A stretch of 62,582 nucleotides of DNA, counting the filler, from Choristocarpus tenellus KU-1152 (Eukaryota > Protista > Phaeophyceae): the NCBI GenBank assembly GCA_964200185.2. It is 7 parts of 7 records of this genome, joined end to end, with 100 filler letters (N's around TTAATTAATTAA, not from the genome) between each part and the next. Parts side by side here need not be neighbours in the genome. Positions count along the whole stretch, not along the records: positions 1 to 30,581 come from CAXNAD020000089.1; 6 more parts are not named here. The stretch is one strand, 5' to 3'. Shown piece by piece: positions 14,201-25,800 of the stretch. Every line of letters starts with the position of its first letter. Within the stretch, counting starts at the first letter, position 1. The notes beneath the pieces were generated by a model that was not told the DNA's origin, ran no database searches, and saw only the letters and a program-made list of their open reading frames with translations. A program made the position numbers and the translations under genes.

Positions 14201-15966
14201 ACTGTCCTAGTTCCCTCCGTATTGCAGATTCTAGATCATTCTTCAGACATTAAGGTCACAAGGGTTTCACAAGGTGAATTGTCACTTTGATTGTAAGTGA
14301 CGTCCTGACCTAATGTTAAAGATGGGTACTCAGGTTTTTTACTATCTGGCATCCTAAGTCTGTTTTTCAATATTTTGCAATTTACCCATATTTAATTCTA
14401 CGGATGGCGAAGTGGTGAGTTTGACTAGAGAGCATACATATCTCTGTTGTTTGAAACTTTTCAGACACAATTCAGAAAACTTCCTACATTCCTTTGAAAA
14501 AAAAAGTCAAATTTGAACATGCTTGTCAGCATCCTTCAAATGCGACTCTGGGTTCCTCTCGTTTACTTTGACTCTCTTCACTTTAGGCAAATAATAATCT
14601 ACAGAGTGCAGAGTTTGGGGTATAAGCATGCCTCCAGTTCTGATGCACTAAGTGCTTCAAACTACTGGAGTCAGTCTGAGAACATTTTGGAGATCCAAGC
14701 ACTCACCAAAATACACATGAAGTATAAGGAAAATTTCTTGGAGTACAAGCTTTCCCCAACCCAATTTTCCACAAGGTTACATGTTTTACTATTGTTGTTT
14801 TTTCTACTATTGTTTTTGACTTCTACACCAGTAGGCATGGTGTTTTGATGGCGACAAAGCAATTGAGGGCCATTGTAGCAATATCTCCTGTGACTCATGT
14901 AATAAAATTGCTCTTAGGAATAAGGACACATTCACTCCATCACACGTACTGCAGACTATTCAGTCCCTTTTTTACAATTCGCTGTAGGACGTGATGTACA
15001 AGTGCAGGGGTGCACATAGAGGTCTAGAGGCAGATGTTAGCTTCTCATATTAATCGGAGCACTGAAGTCACTTCAATGTCCTACTTCTTGTGTATTGCGA
15101 TAATGTTAGCTGGTACACCGGAGCACGGTCTGTCATTTTCTGAGGACCCGTCCTCTTCATTACTCAATCACTTGCAATAGATCTTGTGGACATAACGCTT
15201 GAGCTTTGCCTTCAAGACTATAGTGATACCCTACTTGAGTACGGAATAAGGCAAGGAACACCTGTTTTGAGAGAACGACATGTTGGGGGTGGCTGGACCA
15301 CTTTAGACTGTATCCGTGGCGCAGTACTTCCGAGGGATTCTGGTAGTGGCTTAATATTTACACGACACTGTACTGCACGTTGTTGTTGCTAGTTCCTCTC
15401 ACTTTCTGGGCTTCACTAAGGGAAAGAAGTGTGGCGATTTCTTCATTGCGACTGAGACAACAAACACTAGTTTGTAATGAAGGATCCTCATTATCTTGTC
15501 CTTGTCGCTGAAGCGTCTGTGGGTGTGCACAATAAGTCAAAAGCAAACGTTCTGTAGTCACTGCAGTGCTGCATATCGAATAGTCCGTTCTTACGACAAC
15601 ATCTTGGTGGTTAGATTCTGTTCTACTCATGGCCAGTTTATGCTGATTGGTGAGTGGGTTGTGGCTACGATGTTCAAATATATACTCCAGAGTGTAAGCA
15701 CTCACCTCTAGAAATACGTGCTGAAGCTCCTTGAAAGTTTCCACCCTAGCCTTTTCTCCCTGAGATCGTATCTCATATGCCTGTCAAATGGATTTCTCTA
15801 CGTGTGTGTGATATGTTGAGGACCAAGGCAAATTTCACGTGGAGTTTTCTGATCGTTGACGATCTTCATCTCTACTGATTGAGTGACATACCTTCTTCAC
15901 AGACCAGTATGCCTCCATTTCCTCCAAGCTTGGACATGAGCCAGGCTTAGTAAGCCCAGCTCCCAT
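5291..15966 (-). CDS. Multi-exon protein: N-myristoylation-like start (MGAGLT), WW-like motif, C-terminal domain resembling the IQANK1 C-terminal region
   Basis: Phase-consistent exons: 15966-15892, 15780-15706, 15516-15403, 15261-15172, (one unresolved junction), 14190-14159, 13892-13828, 12810-12662 (RWLKYMGSKGCYMWIHLLTRETTALRP), 8820-8679, 8174-8063 (KTPLLVDNSKEGKVCAYLSYK), 7502-7446, 6833-6755 (VRSKTVQAMKSGARLAL), 6389-6313, 5497-5291 (TGA). All introns are GT-AG. The family call is from motif memory. Confidence 0.7.
5803..6070. mobile_element. MITE subfamily B copy (about 260 bp), intronic
   Basis: TIRs GACGCATAGCATTTAAGAGGGTAG...CTACCCTCTGAAATGTTTTGGATC with TSD TTT. Internal inverted motif GTCCATTTGGG/CCCAAATGGAC. 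Confidence 0.8.
6910..7060. mobile_element. MITE subfamily A, left part only, broken by G-tracts and an N gap
   Basis: GGCTCAAAGTATCTG followed by a G-tract and GTTACACC, as in the other A copies. Confidence 0.55.
9060..9309. repeat. 14-bp minisatellite (ARGTACTCTYHATC) x about 18, intronic
   Basis: Directly visible tandem units such as AGGTACTCTTCATC and AAGTACTCTTTATC. Confidence 0.95.
11383..11466. repeat. 12-bp tandem repeat (AGAGTATCAAAA-like) x about 7
   Basis: Visible tandem units; source of the spurious RVSH/RVSK ORF. Confidence 0.85.
11909..12024. repeat. Perfect 57-bp tandem duplication
   Basis: 11909-11965 is identical to 11966-12022. Confidence 0.9.
13134..13390. mobile_element. 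MITE subfamily B, complete copy, intronic
   Basis: TIRs GAGTCAAAGCATTTAAGAGGGTAG...CTACCCTCCTAAATGCTTTGGGTC with TSD GGT (13131-13133 / 13391-13393). Confidence 0.85.
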
Positions 15967-16078
15967 CTTTCTAACTCCTTCTCTATGCCTGTAGTCATGA
16001 GAACTACCTTTCCAAGCAAATAAATTTTCAGAACTTGAGGAGGAACTTGCAGAGTAGTAAGATCCCACAACGGTTTCA
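15967..16078. promoter_or_regulatory. Putative bidirectional promoter or overlapping 5' UTR region
   Basis: Only 112 bp separates two divergent predicted ATGs (15966 on -, 16079 on +). Confidence 0.45.
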
Positions 16079-19000
16079 ATGAAACCGTTCTTGCTCACAC
16101 GCGCGCAACTCTCAAGGATGCGACACACACGATGCCATTGGCAAACAAAAGTAGGGAGTGGTTCTAGGTGGAGCCCTATAGTATGCCCACAGAGCCACAG
16201 TTGGAAGAACATGAGAAGTCAACCATTTGGGAACTTCCCGAGTTTGTGGAATGGACCACCACAGGATCTGGATCGTCTCAGACGAAGAGTAAGGCGGCTT
16301 GAGTCCGACCTGGGCTACACCAACATGGCATTCGTCGAGTTGTCTGCAATAGCACAACCTGATCTTCCTGCAGGTTATGGAGATGTAGCATGCAAACCAC
16401 GCGAACAAATATCACCACCTCCTGTCCACCACCACCTGCATTCGAATGATAAGAACAATGGCTCCACGGTTTCGGTTGGGCAACAAAGGAAGCGGAGTCG
16501 TGCCAAGGCTTGTCCAACCCTTGAGCCCATTACTCGCCGCTCGCCTACTGGTCGAAAACGACGATGCGATCTTGAAGCTGATGGTCGCACCTTGAACCAG
16601 AGCAGGAGCCAACCCTTGGCCACCTGTTCTATGCCCGCTCAACAAGCACGCCGTTCTGGTAGTATCCACGATGCGGAAGCCTCGAAGGTGGTCACTGTCG
16701 ATACACAAGCCTTGTTCCAGCAGGTTGATGCGCCGTCAAATGTCACTTCATCGAGGTTTACACAAAGATCGGAACACTCGTCACTTTCTGCTCAAGGGGT
16801 CGTGCCAAATGGGGTAGAATTATTGCTTGTGAAACCTTCGCCACTAAATCTGTGTGCCTACTTACCAGATCGCAAGTTCTTTCCTGCTCTAGGCTATGTT
16901 GTTGGCGAGATGGTAGACAAGCTAGTCGACGACGGTGTCGTTTCCGTAGCTAAGGCTAAAGGTATCCGCATGTTGCTCGCGGCTGAAAACAATGACATTC
17001 GCCGCCTGTTGAGGGTCTATGAAGAGGGGAGCAACACTGATGGAGCGATACGTGATTTCCTCCATGCATTAGATGGGCTTCTTGATAGACATGGTATTAC
17101 AGGGGAATTCAGGACAGATCATTCCGAAAGTTCACAAGAAACTTCTCCCGTTGATCCTTTGGCCCCGATAGATAATGTTGAGGAGATAGCAAGGTTGGGG
17201 TCACAACACGGTGTACATTCCAGTCCCAGTCAGTTGGAGCACACGATAGAGGGGGGATTAGAAACTAGGGTTGGACCGAGTTTGGAGGCAGGGAGAAGGA
17301 GTGGAAGAAAAGAATGTGGGGATAAGCTAGGACTTCCAGTAGGTAACAATTTCCGAAGGACTTTCAAATCAGAAAGAGTCGGCTGTTTAGCTGACTCTCT
17401 GAGAAAATTGATGTCATTTCAGAATTCTACGAAAGGGAGTCAGGCATTACCCAAATTGAAGCAGGGTCTGGACAGAAGTAATGCCGAGGTTCGACCCAAA
17501 GCTCTACTTGTGGGGTCTGGAACGTTCAACCCAGTGCACAAGCTTCACCTTCGCAGGTTTTATCTGGCGCGACACTTCCTGGAGGAACATGTTGGGGTGA
17601 GTATCAATGTCCATTAGAAGTGAAATCATTCCTTGTCATTGAGGAGCACCCATTTTAGAATTCGAACTTATCTGCTTCTCAAGTGTAACCAGTCACAGCC
17701 CAACTCACACTCAATCCTAACCCCTTTAAGGGACAACCCACTGTCCACCATTAGATGAAAGTGGTAGGTGGAATTGTTTCACCATCTCACCCAACCTTGG
17801 TACGTCAACGATATCGTGTGAAGGCAGCAGAGATCATCCCTCCCAAACATAGGCTTGCCATGGCCCGGGCAGCAGTGGGAAACAACAGGTGCTGGCTTTG
17901 GACTAGCTTTTGCTGGAATGTTTCGATTCATTTACTTGGGCATGGCCTGCTTTCCTCACTGCAATGAAGGAATGGATCGCGGACAAAGAAAAACTTGTGT
18001 GCTGTTGTGAAATGGTCTGAATTGGCAACATTCGGTCCCCTTGATGATTATCCCTTCTCAACTGGAAGGAAATGATATTTTTCATTGGTTTTCAAGAAAA
18101 GGACAATGTTCAAAATAGTAGTAGCATTGACAGGTGAGGGTGGTTGCGGTGCAAAGGCATTGTATCAACTCAGTATGAGTCATAGTTCTATGAGGTGTAG
18201 ATGCTGTGTTTCATATCATGCACCCTAACCCTCACTCTTGACATCAGAAACAATTTCAGGGGGAACTTTGAGAAAGACCCAATATAACATTCTACTGTGC
18301 AGAAGTAAGAAACTCTACTGGTTTAAGTAGAATGATATGCTTGTTTTTCCCTTGTGTTATTCTTGCTGTGAACCATAGTACAGCTGGCTAACAGTTGACC
18401 CGTGGGAAATAACTCGTCGGCGAATCATGGACTACATGAGCGTGCTGGAGCATGTGCGAGATGTATTACATGATACCTTTCCTGGCCTCCTTGCCAACAT
18501 CACCATTCTTTACTTGTGCCCAGCATCTCAGGTGAATTCTGCTCATCTATCCTGTCGTTTCTTCTTGCTAGGCTATATGTAGGTGCCATGACACCCAGAA
18601 TGCTGAAAAAGGCTGCCTGGAACCAAAAGTCCATTTAGACAACTTTTTTGAAGATCAAACCAAGCATGTACTGTGGTTGCACAACAGGTTACATTCAGAT
18701 TTTTTCATGCAAGTAATACCTTCACATCCTTCCTCCTACATCCTTTCCACCCCCAAGTAGGTCCTCAAGCTCAACCCAACTCTCCTGCGGGTTGGGGGAT
18801 TTGGGATCATCACAGTGTGTCGTCCACTTGAGAGGGAGAGGCTCATTCAACAGCTCAGTCCACCGTTTGCAAGGATTGTTCATGTGGTGGAGGACTTGGC
18901 CATCCTCAGTGCAGAATTAGAGAAGACATCTTCCACTGCGGTGGGACAATTTACCACTTTCACCAGCACAAAAAAGTCTGGGATGGGAGGCAAACATCAC

Positions 19001-19614
19001 CAAATTGGTCTGACCTTTTGGGAAAGTAGTCATAATCCTACGCACAACTCTACGAATTTGTTGTACCACTGTCCTTACTAGGTGAATCATTCACTCTGAA
19101 GTTCAGTATGAAGCTTGTTGCAAAAGTCTCATGTTTTCAATTGGAACTCCTCCTTGTGTAAGTCACTAATCTTCATTTAAGTTCTTGGGAACCTGCTTGA
19201 ATCTCAGGTTAGGGCATGTCTAAAAGAGGGTAAGTTGGTGGACGGCATGGTGGGAAGGGCTGTGGCACACTATATCAAGGACCATCGGCTTGCAGACAAG
19301 ATTTCTGGCAAGCAAAGATGGTCCAATGAGGTACGTAGTAGAGACATCTGCAATCCTTTATTCATGATTGGTAGTCCACCTTTTTTCTCATTGTGCCTTC
19401 ATTAGGATAGGATGCCTGTACTGTAGTTGCCACGTCCAATATACACTATCATTACTAACAATGATCAACAATGATCCGGCAAACTTTTTTCTCCAATAAA
19501 TCCATCAAGGACAAGGCCTTCAAGTTTGAGCGAGAAGACAAGGACGATCGCCCCTACCACAGCATACCTCCTCAGTATGTGCGCAGGCCATCACAAATGC
19601 CATTACAGCATTAA
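16079..19614 (+). CDS. NMNAT-like (nicotinamide/nicotinate mononucleotide adenylyltransferase, cytidylyltransferase-like fold) protein with an N-terminal extension of about 470 aa
   Basis: Exons 16079-17596, 17755-17888, 18384-18531, 18761-18940, 19208-19330, 19510-19614 (TAA), all phase-consistent. Motifs: GTFNPVHKLHLR, GGIVSPSH, HRLAMARAA, SWLTVDPWE, TSSTAVR, AVAHYIKDHRL. The start codon is uncertain. Confidence 0.85.
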
Positions 19615-20890
19615 CATTGATATCATCCTGCAGGCAGCATCAACAACTTGGGATTAAACTACCACAAATATAACCAAGGATTTGGCTCAAGAGATTGGCC
19701 TCAAAGGTTACACGGTCCCAAAGCCTGGTGCTCCCCAATGAAGCATTTCGAGTGATTCTTTGTGAACCTTTAAACCAACTTGGAATATGGAAGCATAGTC
19801 CCTACCTTACAACACTAGAACTCTCCAATTAATGGAACAGTGAACATGTTAAAGGAGATGCCACAGAGGATGGGGATCTTGATATCTTATCTCAGGATAT
19901 TGTTATTTGATAATTATGCTGTCAGGGCCAGTTCACACCTTCATAGTTCAGTTGAAAATCAAGTCCTGACCAAAGTGGAATAGTAAGAAGACATGCCAGA
20001 CTGCCAAATTGTAAGTTGAGGGTATTGAACACTGGAAGACCATCAAGCTTCAGGCTTAACCCTGTCAGTGTCCTATGGTACTTTCAGCTATTCACATTAA
20101 CAAAAAGGGCCCATGAGAATATTCACTATTATTGGTGTTTAAATATCATCTTATGGAAGCAGAATTCAACAAGAGTTAAAAGTGTAGAAAAAATGAAATA
20201 GATTCAGATATGATAGCATGCTGAACACGTCCTTGCAGCAGAGACTGTCCCCCCCGGGAGTTGTAACTCCTGAAGTACACACAAACACTAAGCATGCACC
20301 TAAAATAGTGTTCACTTGTAACAATCCATGAGGGGACATCACTACTACAAACCATCCTTACAAAATTAGCCACAGGACAACAGGCAATTAATCTCAGCAA
20401 CAGAACAGACTACTGCTACGTAGGATGTCACATCTTAACAAAGTAGCATGTAGACATTTTTTTTTACACACATGATTGCCTGCTATTCTGTGAAAAAAGG
20501 GAGAGCATCCAACCAAACCACGTTGGTGCACTTGCAACATTACACCGCTCCAGAATATTTCAAACAAAATCCAGTCTACACACACTACCCACCCATGTTT
20601 TAGGGCAATCAATTCTTCACTGTGAGCTACTGAGCAATTATCATTCCAATATATAAGCGAAACTACATACTGGAACTAGGAAAATCTACATCTCTCAACT
20701 TGCTAGGCACATTCACAACCGTGAGATGCCTTTGTCCTTCAGGAAAATTGAGCGCGGGAGTTGGGCGCAGGAGAGGGAAAAATTGAAAACCTCCTGGGCA
20801 TCCTCTATTGCGGACCACGCCTGTTAAAAGTCTAACAAATAAAATCATGACAATGTAAGCCCCTCTATATTTTACCAACCCAATTCAGAG

Positions 20891-21278
20891 TTAGTTATTG
20901 GAGAGGTTTGCATTCCATTTATCCCAAAACGAGGAGTATGCCTTGGAGTGCGCAGCAACTTCGCCAGCGACAGCAGGGCTAAAGCGGTAGTACCGTAAAG
21001 GGTGACTATACTTGGGGGCATGGCGATCCAGATCCCTCACGACCATGCCCTGTGGTGTCGAGCTGCTCAACGACCTGAGGGTGAATTCAGAGGGGTTTGT
21101 TGAAGATTGAACGGTACTAGTGAATTACTTCCACCCATGATGTTGGCAAGCTCATTTAACGCTGAGGGATAAGATACACGTAACTCTTCATGGGAAAAAG
21201 GTGGAAATTGATAGTAAATGCGGCTTTGGCTTACCTCAAGCGGCTTCGAGAAGCAGTACGGATGATTGAGCTAGTCAT
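20891..21278 (-). CDS. Small protein with a mitochondrial-presequence-like N-terminus (3' end uncertain)
   Basis: Exon 21278-21235 (MTSSIIRTASRSRL, donor GTAAG) splices in phase to 21074-20891 (SLSSSTPQGMVVRDLDRHAPKYSHPLRYYRFSP...), giving 75 aa. A probable 5'-UTR intron lies at about 21555-21288. Further exon-like segments start at 20820 and about 20270. Confidence 0.5.
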
Positions 21279-21870
21279 TCTTAGTCACTGGAAATAGAGA
21301 GACACCACAACCAGAAGATAAAGTCGAGATGGGTAGGTCGAGGAGGATGTCATCAGTAAGTTATATTGCAAGCTCGAGATGCGCATACAGAAAAAATTGA
21401 TCGGGATGAAGTCACTGGATTGAATGTTGTATTTAGCAAGGGCGAGCATGGTCGAGATCCAAGCTAGAATGTCGTCAAAGGCGGGTTTTGTTTTCTTCGT
21501 GAGTTCAGATGAAGAACCCTAGGTTGCCGCAAGAACTATACATGGCTTAGCTCACCTTGCGAATTAAATGTGGCTTGATGGATGGACTGGAATGAAATGA
21601 CAGGGCGTAACACCTACCTACCTCTCATAATGCTGGATTTTGTTTTGTTTTTTACCGTTCTTACTGTATTATAGAATAGTACGTATCAAATCACCTACAC
21701 CAAATTGAACTTCAACTGAACTTCAGCACTGACAATAAAAAGTTTATCGGTGTCAATCCACATATCGACATATCGATATACCTGAAGCGATATATGAGGA
21801 GATGTATCCTGTCCTATTTTCTGTGTGTGTGAATGTTAGGGGTTTGGGGGTACTACTTGAAAGACGGGCA

Positions 21871-22417
21871 ATGAAGGAGACCCATGTGATGGAGAAAGGG
21901 GAAGATTCCCCGTTCATATTTGATTGGTGAGTGGATTTTAGTCACAGTCATTCACTGTTCAAATATCTTGTCTTGGTGCCACATTTTCTCAGTGTGTCAT
22001 GTTGGTTCGACCTTTCTTTTACGGTTTTGTCAGCGAGGTTGAGGTGACCTACCCGTCAGCAACACTTGCTCTCATGGCCAGAAATACACTCAGTGTGGAT
22101 GAGGAGATTCAACCGAATAAGATCTGCAAGAGTTTCCGCGTGGATGGATCGACAATGCACGTGTAAGTCCTTGTGATTTCAAAGTGGTTCTTACACCTAA
22201 TAAGAACTTGTTTCTTTCGATGACACTCTCATCATAATCCTTCTCTTTCCTCCCCAGACACTTCACCGCCAGCGAAGAGAAGGTACTGCGAGTTGTGATG
22301 TCTTCCTTTTTCGATATGGCGTTGGTTGTGTCCAGAACAATGATGGAGTTTGACAGTGGCAGTGAAAGCGAGACGCTGTTCGGTGTGGGAGGCGACCCAT
22401 CTGTACAAGTTGGGTAG
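21871..22417 (+). CDS. PCC1: EKC/KEOPS complex subunit Pcc1/LAGE3
   Basis: Exons 21871-21926, 22034-22162, 22258-22417 give ...CEVEVTYPSATLALMARNTLSVDEEIQPNKICKSFRVDGSTMHVHFTASEEKVLRVVMSSFFDMALVVSRTMMEF..., the typical Pcc1 pattern. Confidence 0.9.
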
Positions 22418-22859
22418 CATAATTAACTAACCAATTTAGAAAGAAACGTTACAAAATGAGCAACACATCAAGCAGATACTTTTGTGATCTTCACAGTCTT
22501 GGTCTTCACGGCATGGTACGAGTTCCGAAGAGTTCCATTTCACTTACACACAAATGCAAGTATGTTGGAACTAAAATCTATTCCCCAGATCACTTCTTCA
22601 AATTCCAAGTGCAGAGAAGTCTTAACCCCAAATGGGACGCAACTCCAGTCACTTCCCCTCTATCATGTATCCTTCCTGTACTGTACAGGAGTCCTCAACA
22701 TCAACCTTCCAAAACGCGTACGGCTATTTCATTAATCGCCATTCTTGATACCCCTTGGGTTGAAGCTCTTCCTACAGGTTGGGTAGCAATCACACTAGTG
22801 TGCACCATATACAATCAAAGCTAATACTCTAGATGACAGGTACTGAATACACTTGAAAC

Positions 22860-25800
22860 TCATGGTGGAGTAATAGAGGCCTTGGTTGCGTCAACTGTAC
22901 TCGATGAAGGTGTTGCGGAGTTTGGTTCTACAGTTGCCTCTGTTTTTGAAGAGTTTGTCTTGAGTAGGGCCGCACGCTCCACTTCAGCTCCTTTGAGAAT
23001 GTCCAGCGCCTCTGTCTCTGCAGTCTACAGAGTAGGGAGAATATGGTTGGGGTCAAACTTGCGTTGCAGATCCACATTACAGTACCAAACACCACTTCAC
23101 ACCATTGTCAGACCATTGTTGTGTACATGCATCAGTGGAGAGAACACACCTGTGCTACTGGCGGTACCTTTCGTATCAATGGATATTGCTCAACACGATA
23201 CTAGGGGGTTCAATATTAGTTGTGTAACCTAGGGAACAAATACCAGGGTGGGATATAAATATGTGTTCTATTCATGCCCCAACACGGGGATACATCCTAT
23301 CCCATGGTGGTACTTACTTGAAGAATAGATGAGGCCTCTGCTTCTCCCTTCACTCTTGCCTCCTGCACAATACTGGCTGCCTGTTCTCTGGCTGCTGCAA
23401 GGATATCCTTCGCCTCACGAGTCACTGTAGGTTTTGGGGGGGTAACTCCTGACTGGTTGAGGTGGGAAAAGAGCGAACAATGTGTTTCATACACTTGTTG
23501 GAGTGACACGATTTGATGGTTGGGTTTAGGATCAACCAGATATGTTGCTTTGGGTAGGAGAGACAGTCATAAAATGTCCTGAAGCTTCATATCTGCAGTT
23601 GTTGTGAGTCTGATGCTTGAATGGAGTCAATGTTTCTTATTTGGCACTCACTCATTGAACAAACACCCTTGCACTGATGGGAAAGGATCGATATCTCGTG
23701 CTCAAACAGTTTTGCAAATTGACTCTTGCTCCGCATATAATTACATACAAGCAACAAAATATGACAAACATATTTAATTCCTTTGTCCCTGCTTGCACAG
23801 TCTCTTGTGTACTTTACATACAGAATATATACCAGAAAAAATGAAAATTGCACCTGTAGGATCCAATTCGGTGGATTTTGATGTGTGCATTCTATAGCAT
23901 GCTCCACAAATTCATCCAAAAAATGCTAGATTTTACTGGTTTAAGAACAAGACACATGGCATGAGGTATTGATACACTCGAGAGTCAACAGCTGTTTTTA
24001 GTCAAGAATACTAATGTGGATGAAGTTGACAATCCATTTACACGTGCTTTATTTGCTTGTGGAAATCCTACTTGCTCAACCGCATGGTGGTTGACCTTCT
24101 GTGATTTTTTTTTGCCTAACAATATGCAGACATCTTTTTTAGCTCCCAGTTGGGCTTTGTTGATGCCTCATCATAGGAGTACTCTACAATTGGAAAGGAT
24201 AAAGGGAATGGCTGCCTCACACACTAACATTCAATCCCTCATCAGTGGAGGATTCAAGGGCATGGCTTGATATGTTTTGATGACTGCCCAAAGTCTACCT
24301 ATTTTTGTACAAAAAACATTGCACTTGATCAAAAATACACGTCTATAATTGTCATTTATTTTAGTAACTCCGAACATGGACTCACCTCCATTATATCTTT
24401 CACATCCCACTTCACTACCCTGTAGAGCCCACGTGTGAAAACATGACTTATGATTCCAAGCGGGCCAAACAGATAGCACAGAGCCAAGCTATGCCCAGTG
24501 AATATCTTGTTCTTTCGACCATCAAGGTACACCCATCGACCCTGTTGGGGTCACCAAATCAATAAACACTTTTTTCTCAGCACAGGTTTTTTAGGTATAC
24601 TTCCAGAATACAGCAGTATTAATATGAGTAGTTCTTCTAATATCATGTAATTGTATATTGCAAGAACTACAGCATCCAGTCAAAAAAAGAAAAACAGCTT
24701 ACAATGAAAAGGTCCTCTGCCAAGAAATGTGACCAGGCAGTTGCCACAGAGACCTCTTCGCCAAAACCCTTTGTCAAAGACCCAAGATCAGTGATGCCGC
24801 TAGAGAATCCTGCAAGAGAAACAGGGTTCTAACAAGGACAGAAGGAATGAGCCACAATGAAAATTCTAAGGACATCAAATCTGCAGTTAAATTTGTGGAA
24901 AACCAGCAGTTGCAATGTTACAGTGCATAGGCCATTCAAAGTGCAAGTGTATATATATATGTTGACATTGTGAGTCTCAGGCTACGTAGATTGTTCAATG
25001 CTGTCTACTGAAAGCTTGAAGCAATAGACTACCACACACCTGGAACGACTCATATGCAAGCCAGCCATAAACAACCGCTGCTGCCAAGACAGTAGCATAG
25101 CTTGACATCACTGCCTTGGTTATTGGCTTTTCGGGAGCAAAAATCATGCTCAGCCACAGTGGAAGTACTGCCACATTCTCAGCAAGGAAGCAATTCCTTG
25201 GGGTGGCCACCCGTTCCAGAGAGCTGACCACCTGAAAACAGTCAGAGTTTGTTGCAAGGTCAAGGTACAGCAAGACAAGCTAGATCAAGTAATATCATGC
25301 TATGTGGGTTGCCCTGGGCATGAAGGATCCTTGAGTAAAACTGTGTGATGTTCAGCTAGCTACCCATACCCAGATGCTGACCTGCTCCAGACTATTCACC
25401 ACAGTTTGCTGATCCTCGAGTACCTCTTCCTTGGAAATGCCAAATGTGGAGAGGAGCTGATCCAATGCCTCCTGCTCAGATGGAAAGCGGCACACAAGGA
25501 AATAGTGTAGGGTGGTACAATTGTAGTCAACCCACACGAATTGACACCCCACCTGACACTTGGTACAGCAACTGCCATTACTTACAGGAGACATGAAGAG
25601 GAACAGAGAGATTGCATCTCGCAAGAGTGGTATTTTGTAAGCCCTTGCTCAACACGATCCTGATACATTCTTGGCGTCATCTTCAATCTGATTTAACTCA
25701 ATCGCTTCCAATCTGATGAATTTGAGTTAAATCTAAGTAACCGTACCTGAACAGGCTGCCCAAGGGTTTCACTCAATGTGTCACCAAGCTGTGTTTGTGC

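Noticed and set aside
21760-21800. TATCGATA (DRE-like) motif upstream of PCC1
   Set aside because: A single 8-mer, and DRE function is not established in this lineage.
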